Assembly (NCBI RefSeq): GCF_009914755.1
Contig: NC_060933.1
Direction: 5' to 3' (one strand)
DNA from: the human T2T-CHM13v2.0 reference genome, Homo sapiens
Length of the DNA stretch: 64,000 bases
In this document: one piece after another, positions 1 to 18,744 of the stretch
Numbering within the stretch: the stretch's first letter is position 1
Layout of the letters: each line of letters opens with the position of its first letter
Notes under the pieces: model-generated
What the model saw: only the letters and a program-made list of their open reading frames with translations
Databases searched by the model: none
What the model was told of the DNA's origin: nothing
Position numbers and translations under genes: made by a program

Positions 1-609
1 GAGCCATCACCACTCTCAGCCAGCATCAGGATTTGTTAAGGTTCCATAAGTAATTCCAGTGGGTAGCAATGGTGAGAACCATCAGACTAGATGATGTACA
101 AAAAGTCCACATTATGCTAAGACATTATAACAATTTTGTTCAAAACACTTCACATAATTAAATGGGCTATATTTTCATCATAGTATCTGTTTCGTATGTG
201 GGAAATTTGAGACACGAAGAAAGTGTGAGTCATACCAGACAGACCATAGGTGAACTGTTAAGGAGGGAGAAGCCGCAGTGTCACCTTCCACAGTCCTGCT
301 CCCATTAAGACCTATGAAGTGGAAAATGCAGATTATTCTTTGAGGTTTCCTGGGACCAGAAAAGGTCAGAGACTCTTAATGGGTAATGCAGACAACTGGA
401 ATGCAATCATCAGGTATTCATTTCTGTTTTAAGGTTTTATGTCTGAGAAACCTGAAACCTGAAGAAGTAAAGCAATCATGATTTTTTAAAAACTTAATAA
501 TATGGTTTTGGATTTAAAAAGAAAGACTGACTCAGAGCTGGGGAAAACACTCACTTGTGATACGGATCAATGTGAAAACAGCTTAACTCTGTTCCATGGC
601 AATTCGCAC

Positions 610-1285
<676 letters not shown>

Positions 1286-1652
1286 TTATCTGATTATCCG
1301 ATTATCAGAAGTAGTAAGAGAAATGTGAAAATGGTTCTTAAGTTACAAAGTACCATATGAAGATAAAGTATTCATTCATTTATTCTCTTATTTATTCATC
1401 AAATATTATTGAGCTCCTCCTACTTTGAGCCAAGCACTTTTATAGATGTTGGGAATATACTAAAGCCAAAATGGATTTAAAACAAAACAAACACTGGCCA
1501 GGCTCAGTGGCTCATGCCTGTAATCCCAGGCTGTATGTGGGGCATGAGAGGAAGCAGGAGATGTCAGGTGAGATACAGCAGTAGCATGGCCCAAGGTGGT
1601 AGCAATGGAGATGGGTAAAAGGGATCCTAATCTGGATATATTTTGAAATAGA

Positions 1653-2450
1653 GGCCAGGTTCAATGGCTCACACCTGTAACCCCAGCAATTTGGGAGGCC
1701 AAGGCAGGCAGATCACTTGAGCTCAGGAGTTCGAGACCAGCCTGGCCAACATGGTGAAACCCCGTCTGTGAAGACCAGCTCGGTTGGGGAGACCCTAACC
1801 CAGTGGTGCTAGAGGAATTAAAGACACACACACAGAAATATAGAGGTGTGAAGTGGGATATCAGGGGTCTCACAGCCTTCAGAGCTGAGAGCCCTGAACA
1901 GAGATTTACCCACGTATTTATTAACAGCAAGCCAGTCATTAGCATTGTTTCTATAGATATTAAATTAACTAAAAGTATCCCTTATGGGAAACGAAGGGAT
2001 GGGCCGAATTAAAGGAATAGGTTGGGCTAGTTAACTGCAGCAGGAGCATGTCCTTAAGGCACAGATTGCTCATGCTATTGTTTGTGGCTTAAGAATGCCT
2101 TTAAGCGGTTTTCCACCCTGGGTGGGCCAGGTGTTCCTTGCCCTCATTCCGGTAAACCCACAACCTTCCAGCATGGCTATTATGGCCATCATGAACATGT
2201 CACAGTGCTGCAGAGATTTTGTTTATGGCCAGTTTTGGGGCCAGTTTATGGCCAGATTTTGGGGGATTTGTTCCCAACATCCGTCTCTACTAAAGATACA
2301 AAAGCTAGCCAGGTGTGGTGGTGCATGCCTATAGTCCCAGCTACTTGGGAGGCTGAAGCAGGAGAATCGCTTGAACCTGGGAGGCGGAGGTTTCAGTGAG
2401 CCACTGCACTCCAGCCTGGGCAACAGAGTGAGACTCTGTCTAAAAAAAGG
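1653..2450 (+). mobile_element. AluS split by a MER9 LTR
   Basis: Left part ends ...gaaaccccgtc (1766) and resumes tccgtctctactaaa (2280). Confidence 0.9.
1767..2279 (-). mobile_element. MER9a solo LTR (HERV-K9/HML-3)
   Basis: TG...CA ends. Minus strand begins tgttgggaacaaatcccccaaaatctggccataaactggccccaaaactggccataaac. 6-bp TSD cccgtc/tccgtc. Confidence 0.88.
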
Positions 2451-2566
2451 AAAGAAAGAAAGAAAGAAAGAAAGGAAGAAAGGAAGAAAGGAAGAAAGGA
2501 AGAAAGGAAGGAAGGAAGGAAGGAAGGAAGGAAGGAAGGAAGGAAGGAAGGAAGGAAGAAAAAAAG
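2442..2566 (+). repeat. (GAAA)n/(GGAA)n microsatellite grown from an Alu tail
   Basis: About 125 bp of pure purine sequence including a long GGAA run. Confidence 0.95.
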
Positions 2567-2569
2567 AGC

Positions 2570-3260
2570 CAGAAGCATTTGTTGAATTGGGTGTGTGCTT
2601 TGTGAGAAAGAGAGGCAAGACAGATGACTCCAGGAGTGTTTGGCCTGAGCAACTAGGTGGAGTTGTCAATGAGTAAGTCCGGGAGAAAAGTGGGAGAAGC
2701 AGGCTCCGGGAGAAGAAGATAAGGAGCTGCGTATTGGACATGTTTGTTTGAAATGCCAATTTTACCTGTAAAGGGAGATGTTTACTAAGCAGTTGGAAAT
2801 ATGAGTCTGGAGTTCTGAGGACAGGTCCAGACTAGAGATAGAAATCAGAGCGATGTCGAGGTTAAATCTAGATGTACTTAACAGCATGAGGTTGGATGAG
2901 GCCATACAGAAGGGCTGTAGAGAAAAAAGAAGAGATCTGAGGCCTGAGTCGTGAAGCTCTGCAGGGTTAAGAGGCCTGGGGGAAGAGGAGGAAACTGAAG
3001 GCTGACAAAGAGTGACGAGAACAAAACCATGAGGATTAAGAGTCCAGGTGAGGAAAAAGGGTTTCAAGGTCAAGGAGTGACGATTTGTCTGAAATGCTGC
3101 TGAGAGTACAGGTAAAACAAGTTTAGATAAATGTCTGCTGGATTTAGAACCACAGAGCTGAAATGGACAGGGGCAGTTTCCCTAGAGGCACGGGACTAAG
3201 CACCTGATTAGAGAGGGTTTAATATAATTTGGAGACACCAGATACAGGCAATTCTTTTGA
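2570..3260 (-). mobile_element. Degenerate L2 LINE fragment
   Basis: L2-type text ggacatgtttgtttgaaatgcc...agcagttggaaatatgagtctggagttc. Confidence 0.6.
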
Positions 3261-3450
3261 CACAAAACAATCAGGTTCTTCCAGAAACTCCCTTTTCTGT
3301 TTTCACAAGGAGGCTGATGCCCTCTTGGGCCCTCTGTGTTGTTCTGGAGACCTCAGCTCTTAGCCTGCTGAAGGCAAGGAACAGGCGACAACCACAGCAC
3401 CTTCTTCCCTGACCACAGCAAGGGGGAATGAAGGTCAGTTTTCTATGAAG

Positions 3451-3620
3451 CAGGAGTCAGTAAACTGCAGCAAACTATGATCACACCTGTTCATTTACGT
3501 GCTGTCTGTGGCTGCTGTCACACTAGAGGGACACAGGTAAGAGGTTGTGAGAGAATAAATAGCCCACCATACTTCAAATATTTACTATCTGGCCCTTTCC
3601 AGAAAAGGAAAGCTCTGCTA
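3451..3620. mobile_element. MER58-like hAT-Charlie MITE
   Basis: caggagtcagtaaact...aaatatttactatctggccctttccagaaaa. Confidence 0.65.
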
Positions 3621-3926
3621 TAAGTAGAGAATTAGGGCAGTAGCTAAGGAGGAAGGCGTTCAAGAAAGGGTTGTCAAAAGGAGAAATAACATTTTTGCAT
3701 GCTGATAGGAACGATTCTGTGGAGAGAAAAAAAGTTGAAGTTGCAGAAGAAAGAATTGCTCGGATGATGTTCTCAAGTATAACATCAGAGGATGTTATAC
3801 CTGGAATGAGGATCAGGTGCCCCAGTGGAAGGGTTGGCTTTACTAGGAATATAGACACATGTATCTCTCATTATCACTGTATGAAAAGATGTGGTACCTT
3901 ACACATGAGAGCAATGTAAAGTTTAA

Positions 3927-4565
<639 letters not shown>

Positions 4566-5369
4566 TATTATTTTTAAAACCTGTGATAATTTGCTCTGTT
4601 GGTGAGTGTGTGGGGGAAACAGGAAGTCACACATTGCTGGTGAGAATGTAAATTGGAACAATTTCTCTGTGGAAGACATGAAGAGTCATCAGGAAGCTTA
4701 AGGCCTGGGAGTTCCTAGGGGATCATCTATCTAGAAAATTTACCCTGGGAAACTGACCTTCAAGTCTCCCTTGCAGAGATTATGCAGGAATGCACTGGAG
4801 TGACTCCAGTGCCCTTCTCTGGTCAGGAACATAGCCAGGGTCTCCAGAACATATAGAGGGTGTAAGACAAGGAGAGTTTTTGCAGAAGCTGATGGGAGCC
4901 AGCACACAGCACCCAGGGAAGTTTGCCCTTGTGGAAAAGACGGCTGCCAAAACTCCCGCTCCATGCAATCTTCTTAGAGTTTAAATTCTCCTATCCTTTA
5001 TCAAGGTCTAAGGAACTTGTTTCTTTTGCCTGTGTCTGATGGTATCTATTGCCAATCATCTTCCCCCACACAGAGGGTGAGACCTATCAACTTTTTAAAT
5101 GCACATACATTTTGACCAAGCAATACCACTTACGGCAATTAATACTACACATATGTTTTATATATGTGTGAAGACATTCACTGTAGCATTGTTTATAATA
5201 GCAAAAAACTGGAAACAACTGGAATGGCCATTAGGGAACTATTTGAATATCATGGCATAGCCCCGTACTGGATAGACACTGAAAAGAACAAAGAGGCTTT
5301 ATATAAACTAATATGGAATGATTTTCCAAACGTGTTAAGTGAGAAGAAGCAAAGTAAAGAACATATATG

Positions 5370-6109
<740 letters not shown>

Positions 6110-6631
6110 TAAACTGCCTCTTTAGTATATACCTCTAACATCTAATGTATGTAAACACTAGGACTGATTTTCACCCTATTTCTTAACTTTTTTATAGTTA
6201 TACATGTGATTTTGCACACTACCACCAGAGGGGGCCTCTGCCACACTTCACGCAATATTTACAAGTCAGTATGGAGGATGTTTATTAAATAATTTTTATA
6301 TCTAGAACATTCTTGTTCATTTAGCATAGGCATTTTGGTGCTCAGCTTTAAAAAAACTCTGTGAGCCCCCTGGCTCATCCGTCTTCTTTAGCATGTCAGT
6401 CCACAATCCCTGTGTCCAGTACGCCCTGACCCTGTCATCTTCCTTTGCTGTGCTGGATTCCTGAAACTGAAAATGCCTCACAACTTCTATGCACTCTTAC
6501 CCTCAAAAGAGTGCATTTAGTGGCATGGCTGTGCCAGCCGTCTTTGTCCAGATGGCTTCCAGATAGGAATCACTGAGTCCAGGAATACTTTGAGAAGCCT
6601 GGAGAGCCTCTACTCTGAAAGTTTATCATCA

Positions 6632-7042
<411 letters not shown>

Positions 7043-7049
7043 TTATTGA

Positions 7050-7420
7050 GGCATGGTTTAATAAAATATAGCTGTTTAGGTGTATAGTTCCATGACTTCT
7101 GACCAACCTACTAACCCAGGCAATTATTACCACAATCAAGATAAAGAACATTTCTATCACCCCAAAAAGCAAATGCCCTCCTCTCCCCACACTCAGCCCC
7201 AGCAACAACTGCTCTCCTTTCTGTCACTATAGATTAGATTTGCCTCTTCCAGAATTTCAGATACATAAACATGAATCAAACGGTCTGTACTCTTTCGTGT
7301 TTGGCATCTTTATCTCCACATAAGGTCTGGAGATTCATCCATGTTGAAGTGTGAATCAATTTTGCTTTCTTAAATGTCATTCCATTATTTTAATATGATA
7401 TGCTGCAATTTGTTGATCCA
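7050..7420 (-). mobile_element. Old L1M 3' UTR fragment
   Basis: accacaatcaagataaagaacatttctatcacccc...agattcatccatgttg. Confidence 0.65.
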
Positions 7421-7582
7421 TTCAGACAGGTACTTCTTTTAACTTGTTTTTGCTGGTAAACACCCTGATGGGCATCTGCTCACTGTACATGTCATTTTCT
7501 TTTGGACAGAAATGCTAAATTTACTATTATTTGTTCATTTATTTTATGTTTTTCCAAAATGGAAACATCTTTCTGAAACAAT

Positions 7583-8665
<1,083 letters not shown>

Positions 8666-8899
8666 TAACTGATGGTGTGTAAATTCTGTCCTGTCTGGCA
8701 ATAATTTAATTGGTTCCCGCCATCCCCACCCTATGAAAATACCAGTTTTGTTTCCATTTGCAATTCATCTTAACATTCCTTTACTCCAGATAAATCTGTG
8801 CTTTTTGACTTTTCCTTTGAAATGTTTATAACGTACATCTGATTCCCTTATAGCATATGCGTAAATTCCTTAACAGATGTGCACTTTTATATTTGTATG

Positions 8900-9500
8900 A
8901 GTCATGATTTTATCTTTCTCTGAAAATTATTTTTTAACAACCCTTACATTGTTTACAGTGTTTCGATTCTGAAATCTTTGTGTATTTGTAAAATTTCCTA
9001 CATAGGATAAATTCCTAGATGAATAGTTGTCCATAAGTATCCATGTTGTCCAAATGCCTTCTAGAAAGTTTGTAGAAATCTCTACAACAGAGAGCAGCAC
9101 AGGAGTCTGTATTCCTACACCTTCATCTATATTATGTTTATCAATCTTTTTCAACTTTGCCAATCTGATAGGTAAAAAGTGATTTGTAGTTTTAATTTGC
9201 TTTTCTTCAATTCCTATTGAAATTGAGCATCTTTTTATGTGGATTTCTTCTTTAGTGAAGTATCTTATCATGCCCTTTGCCCATTTTTCACCTGGTGCAT
9301 ATTTTTACGTAAACACCCCTTTATTTGAAAAATTAATTTTTGCTTACATACTATTGCATATATTTTCTAGTTTGTTGACTTTTAACTTTGTTTATGATAT
9401 ATTTTGTTATGCATACATTTAACACTTTAATGTATTAACTATATCAAACTATTTTGTGTGTGATTTTAGCTTTGTTGCCATTCTGAGAAATGCTGCCTGC
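8900..9500 (-). mobile_element. Old L1M fragment (ORF2 C-terminal region)
   Basis: ORF 8927-9271 resembles L1 ORF2 (YFTKEEIH...KRCSIS...HFLPIRLAKLKK). Confidence 0.65.
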
Positions 9501-10204
9501 TCTTAAAAGGGATCAACCTGTTTCTTTTTAAAAACATTAAAGAACTTACATGTATGGGTTTTAGAAACATATTTCAGGCTTTACTCTACCTGGAATTTGC
9601 ATGCTTAGGAGCCACACTTTCTTTTTTTCCTGGACAGTACATTTATGATTGAATTTGCTTTCTCCATGCTTTGAAAGTAGTACCTTACTCTTTTATGTCT
9701 TCCTCATGTTCTTTTCAATGTAATTTGATTAAATTTCTAAAACAATTCAAAACTAATTTTGTAGCATTTGTCAAAATAAATCTGGATTTAGGCAAGGGGA
9801 GACTTTATTCAAAAGGATTATTGCAAGAAGAGGATGGGTGGCTATCATAAAAGGATGAGGAGAGCTCTTTAGCCAGTGCTATTTTTCAGAAAAACAAGGC
9901 TCTGGCAAAGATCAACACTGTTGACCTCCCTTTTGTTAATGATAAAAGAATATTATTCACCACTGAGCAATTCAGATGCAATCCTAAGCCTCCTACATGG
10001 GGTGAGTCAGGGACTAAGAAACGGTCTCCTGGGGACTCTGGTTGGTGTTGTTCCCACAAAACCAGCTGAAGCATCTGTTGAAAGGTGGTGGCAAAAATCA
10101 GTTGTTTAAGGGTCAGGTATCTTAAAATGAGGAATGCCTACCATTAAAAAGATAAATGTTAATTAAAAGTTTTAATATAAAAGGCCAAAGAAATATTAAT
10201 CTTG

Positions 10205-10360
10205 GCATCTACAAGCCAAGGAGAGAGGCCTCAGAAAAAGCCCAACTCTGCTGACACTCAATTTTGGACTTCCAGCCTCCAGAATTGTGAGAAAACAAAA
10301 TTCTGTTGTTTAAAGTACCAGTCTATGGTACTTTGTTGACAGACCTAGCAAAGTAATATA
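10205..10360 (+). mobile_element. MLT1A/MST-type MaLR LTR 3' fragment
   Basis: aagccaaggagagaggcctcagaa...ttggacttccagcctccagaattgtgagaaaa. Confidence 0.65.
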
Positions 10361-10438
10361 CCTACAGAGAAAACTATGAAGTAGATAATTAGCTGTCTGT
10401 CATATACCAGCATATTGTAGCAGACTAGTCAAGCTTAA

Positions 10439-10966
<528 letters not shown>

Positions 10967-10974
10967 TAGGTACT

Positions 10975-11370
10975 TATATTAGACCATTCTTGTATCGCTA
11001 TAAAGAACTACCTGAGACTGGGTAATTTATAAAGAAAAGAGGTTTAATTGGCTCACAGTTCTGTACGCTGCACAGAAAGCATGGCTTGGGAGGCCTCAGG
11101 AAACTTACAATCATGATGCAAGTTGAAGGGGAAGCAGGTACATCTTACACGGCTGGAGCAGGGGGAGGAGAGGCAGGGAGGAGGTGCCACATACTTTTAA
11201 ACAACCAGATCTCATGAGAACTCCATGACAAGACAGCACCAAAGGGATGGTGCTAAACCATTAGAAACCGCCTCCAGGATTCAATCACACTCCATCAGGC
11301 CCCACTTCCACAACTGGGGACTACAATTCGATATGAGATTTGGGCAGGGACACTGATCGAAACCATATCA
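10975..11370 (-). mobile_element. MSTA/THE1-type MaLR LTR
   Basis: tattagaccattcttg...tacctgagactgggtaatttataaagaaaagaggtttaattggctcacagttc...aaaccatatca. Confidence 0.88.
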
Positions 11371-11760
11371 CCCCCGAAGTGGGAAGGGCTCCCTACCCAG
11401 CTAGTTTCCCCTTCAGCCAGACCAGCTGTACCCTACTTAATCTTCAATCTAAGGAGCTTTACCTACCTGCCAGCCCACAGAACTATTTGAACAAGCCAAT
11501 TACATCCTCCCGTGGAATAAAAGGTTACCTCACTCTTGTGCCATTACTACAAAGCCTGCCTCACACAGCCCCTGCTGCTTCAGTCTGCTTTCAAATGCAA
11601 TTCCCATGTGGCTCTGCCTGGCATGCAATAACCTCCTCACCCCTTAGGCTGTGAGTATGTAACTGAAAAAACTGTAGCCAATCTCATCTGCCCAGTATTG
11701 GGTGTCATCTGTTCAGCCATCTCCTGTTTAGCACAGGAGATCCCTGCTTCACCAGTGCTG
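11371..11760 (+). mobile_element. Old ERVL-type LTR fragment (MER73/MER74-like)
   Basis: aacaagccaattacatcctccc...ggctgtgagtatgtaact; subfamily uncertain. Confidence 0.4.
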
Positions 11761-12572
11761 TGAAGAGAAGGTGGTCAGAACAGAAGGGAGGCCTAATCTT
11801 GAGTGACCATGAGTTGAGGAGCTGGAGTGGGTAGGAAAAGGTGTGTAGGAATGGGTAGATGGGTGAAGGAGGTGGACAGATTAAATCATTCAAGGCAACA
11901 AAAGAGAAGGTTTAAAGTGGTAAAAAGGAGGGATGAGGATGATGGGAAGGGAGAAGTCTTAGATGAGCTGGTTTAAGGAGATCTCATGTTTCCCAAAGAG
12001 GCCTTTGAGGTTCTAGGTTACCTTTAGTAAATTGTGCCATTTTTGAGGCTATTAAACTGAATTAGTGCCATAATAGCAGGTACTCAGTGGGGGAAGAGGA
12101 GGGCATCTGATAGAGTGAGAGTTACCCATGGCATTAGTGGATAGTCAGCCCAAAGAAAAGTCTTTAAAGGAGCCAAGAAAAACTCCCACTTGATTAATTC
12201 CCTTGAACAATCCCCAGGTCGAGGAGCTGAGGAAACACAGAAGTCTCACAGGAGGGCCAAAGCATCTCTTTGCCTGAAACAATCAAAGTAACCTCTTACT
12301 GTTCTTCAACAGACAAGATGGCCAGAGCACTGGTTCAAGACTTGAACTCACCCAAGAGTCCTCAAGTCCTGAACATGGCACCTTTACCTGGGTGGGGCTG
12401 GTGGAGGTCCCTAGGTGAGTTCCAGTCTTGAGCTGGATCACAGCAATGAGAACTGTCAAATAAAAACCAAATCCAGATCTAGGTAAGGAGAGACTTTATT
12501 TAGAAGGATTATTGCAATAGAAAAAGAGAATGTCGCAATAGGGGAGGGACGGCATTCTAATAGAATGCTTCA

Positions 12573-12988
<416 letters not shown>

Positions 12989-13083
12989 TCAGGGAGTGGG
13001 ATGAGCAGGTGGCCCAATCAGGCAACTGATCAGGACAGAGTTTCTTTGTGGTCAGCTGGAAAAGGGCTTCTTGGGAGGGGATG

Positions 13084-13785
<702 letters not shown>

Positions 13786-14146
13786 GGACATTAAGGGGCT
13801 TATTCCAAATTCCAATGCTGGTTTAGGCTGAGACTAGATTAAAGGGCAAAGACCTGATGGAAGGAGAAAAGCCTCATTGAAGTTTGATCAAGTAAGGTAT
13901 TTGCCCAGATTGATCAGTAGGGGCAAATGGTTCAGCTAACCATTTATAAGATGAGAATGGAAATTTGGAGCGCATGTCTATGGCCTTGTTGTAAGTGTGA
14001 AAGGATGTTATCCATGATGATTACCTAAGTCATTTGGGGAAAGGTGGTTCTATGTAGTTAGTGGTTTCTCAGAAAATACAGCCGGGAGAGGATGTTCACT
14101 GGTCTCCAGTAACACAAAGTATAGGTCAAGCAACACCATCCCCTTA

Positions 14147-14468
<322 letters not shown>

Positions 14469-15256
14469 TCTGTCCCGTTATTTGATTGTACTTGTAACTA
14501 TAGTTTTATTATGACATTTTAAGAATATATTGCTATTGTATTAATCATTACTATGACAGCTGTGTTTATCAGACACTTTCCCACATCTATAATATTAGGA
14601 GAGTTGGGTGTTTGTGATCATGAGTTTGCTCCTTGTGCTGGTTATTGAAGTATGTCTTAGAGTTCAAACTCAAGCTTCTATCTTCTGCTTTGTGAGCCAG
14701 GGCTGGGACTTAGCAAATCACATTTCCTATAAGGTTTTGCTTATAAGGGGTGCTTGAGGAGAGGGACTTGCTACTTTATAGCTGCTTACTGTTCCTGTCC
14801 ATGTTACCAAGCAATGGCTCTTCTCCCTGGCTGCAGCAACAGCTGGTTCCAGTTTCTTAGATTTGTTTGTTTGTTTTAATCCACCCTCTCCCATCCAGCC
14901 TCAATATTTACCTTCAGAGATAAAAGCACCAGCTGGGTACCGCCCCCTCCTTTGAGGTCTGACTCCCAGCCAACCAGGGGCCCTCTCCTGGCTGTTAGGT
15001 TCTGATAACCCCAACACTTCCCCTCTCCCCAGCTCTGTGCATGGCAGCTGCTTCCTGCAGTTACTCTCTCTCTGTTACTACAATGTTTTTGCCTTGCCAA
15101 TCTTCATGACCTTAAATTCTCTGTAAAAGTAATTGCTGTGATTTCTGTTTTCTGACTGGGCCCTGACTGATACACCCCTAAGCATTCCAGAAATACCTTC
15201 TAAACTACTTGTATAGATTTATGGGTGTATGTTATTGCAGGCATTAAAAATAAGTG

Positions 15257-16145
<889 letters not shown>

Positions 16146-16735
16146 TAACATGTCAGTATTTTAACTTACAAATGACTCAGACATTTAATGAATATCTATT
16201 ACTTAATTTAATATGTTCGAAATTTCAAGTCACCAAAAAAGATTTTTAAAACTATTTTTAAGTAGACAAATTTTATAAAACAAATTATTTTTAAAAGTTT
16301 ATAAACTTTTATTCCATTTACATTTACCTAATCTACTTGCTCTTAACAATTATGCTTGAATTGCTCATGAAAAATTTCATGAGATATTAAACAAAGCTAG
16401 CCATTGAAGGAGTTCAGGAGTTTTTCCCAAAATCATTTCCTCTCCCCTAAATTGTCCCTCCCCAATGAAGAGGATACACAAGCTCCTAAAATCTCAGTTT
16501 TTGTTGGGGGAGGCAGAGGGAATATTAGTTTTTCTTTTCTGTGATACCCCCTACACGAAATCTGTGTACTTTTTCTCTTGTTAATCTACCTGCAGTCAAT
16601 TTATTTCATAGACTTAGTTATCCAAGCCTCAGAGAGTAGAGGGGAAGTCTTTCTTCCTCTATACCATCATCTTATGTTAATTTTTGTTGACAAATCAGGC
16701 AAGTGTCAAACATATCACAGTCTAATGGCCTCTGA

Positions 16736-17058
<323 letters not shown>

Positions 17059-17759
17059 TTAAACAACATGGAAACAAATAAGACCTCGTTCTGTTTTCTA
17101 GGAGCTAAAAATCCAACGAAAGAAGACACAGACACAATATTCCCCTTGTTACAAAGAGAACTGTGTCAACTTTTATAACTGACACAAAGATCTGTGCTAT
17201 AAGGGCGGGGAAGGTTTTTTCCTACTTTCCACAGCACTGTGGATTGTTCCACAGTTTAATTTGATCTTAATTTTTATGTGGAAATACACATGAATGTAAT
17301 GAGTTCTTAAATGCTAAATTTAGGAAGCAAGGTTCGTTAGGGGAGAGAAAAAAACACCTACATGGTTATCTCTAAACTTTACATATCGAGAACCTTGGAA
17401 TTTAATTTTATTGTTGTTCTGTAACATATTTTCATGTTTAAAATCAGAAAAGGCAGCATTTCTCGAGTTTCCTGCTTTCGAGGAAGGGAGGCATAAAATG
17501 TTTAAAAAGACGCCGCTCACACACCTCTTAAGAATCAGAGCACAGTGAGGAAGAGGAGCGAGGAAGCACTAGGATCGCAGCGCTACTCCCAGACCACGTC
17601 AGTGCCCAGAGGGCGCCCTCGCCTGTAGGCGGGAACCGCGAGTCCGCAGCAAGTCCCCAGCCCCGAGCTCGCGCAGGTGGGCGAGGCGGGGACGTGGTGG
17701 GCGGGGCCTAGAAAGGCGGGGCCTCTGGGGGCGGCCCCGGGGCGGGCCACGCTGGTGTG

Positions 17760-17872
17760 AGGGCTGCAGGCGCAGCTCCGGAGCGCCTAGAGCGCGGCGC
17801 GGGGCGGGAGCTTGGTGGAGCAGGAGCGGCTGGGCATCCTCCTGAGACTCCGGGGTCAGACGCCCACTCCAG
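17760..17872 (+). other. GCNT1: Predicted non-coding first exon (TSS approximate)
   Basis: Donor CAG|GTAACC at 17872/17873, just downstream of the GC-box cluster. Confidence 0.75.
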
Positions 17873-18626
17873 GTAACCGGCTCTCCCTCGTGTTCCCCTG
17901 CTCGGCCGCCCGGCGGTGGGGGAAGGCTGAGAAGGATGGGTGGGAGGGAGCCGGCTCTCAGCCAGTGCCCCGTGGCCCCGGGCGGGCTGGGCTCCCCCGC
18001 GGAGGAGGAAGCAGAACCGGGGTGCGCCCGGGACCGGAATGGAGCGGCGCCTCTTCCTTCCACCTTCATTTTCCGTCCGCTCAGTGGGGCTGGGACGCCG
18101 GTGCCCCGTGTCCCCTGAAAGTCACTTTCTGGCCTCTTGCCCCTGGTCCGTGTAGCTTAGATGTCGGAGGGGTTGGCTGCGGGCGTGGATAGGCAGGGAA
18201 CGAACAGACTCGCTGCCATCCCATGGGTGCCAGGGGCTTAACTTCATTTAACTTCATTGAATCCTAACGCCAGCCCGGCTAAGATGCATTTTCACCCCTA
18301 CTTTACTGATAAAGAGGCCAACGCTAGGATAATAAATGACTCACCCTGGAGCAAACTATTACTAATAAGAAAAGAGACGTTAGTTTAGGGGCTCCGAAGC
18401 CTCTCCTTTCCTGCTCCCTCGCTTTCCTTCTTCTCGCGGCAGTCTAGGAAACTCGCGCGCAGGGTCTATTACGAAAACAAGTGATTCGTCTTAAAAGCAT
18501 TTTACCCCCTCCTAGGTTTCTCTTTCCTCTTTTTTTTAAGTATCTCAGGCAGATTCCTCCAAGTTTTGGTTATTAGGTTTTTGAAATGGAAGAAGCCCTT
18601 GCTCACTGCTTCTTTTCTCCTGGCAG

Positions 18627-18744
18627 CGCTTTCTGCGCAGCACAGGCACCCTCGCCTGTCACGCCTCCCTCTCCTCTTCCCGTCTCCCAGCGTGGATGAG
18701 GGCGCCTGCAGATCCCGGCTAGGGCACGGACCGCCTAGGCCGAG
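18627..18744 (+). other. GCNT1: Predicted non-coding 5' UTR exon
   Basis: Acceptor ttcttttctcctggcag| (AG 18625-18626) and donor GAG|GTAGGT at 18744/18745. A second possible acceptor ends at 18690. Confidence 0.7.

Noticed and set aside
2223-2759. LPSF-repeat and KEGR-repeat ORFs
   Set aside because: Translations of the GGAA microsatellite.
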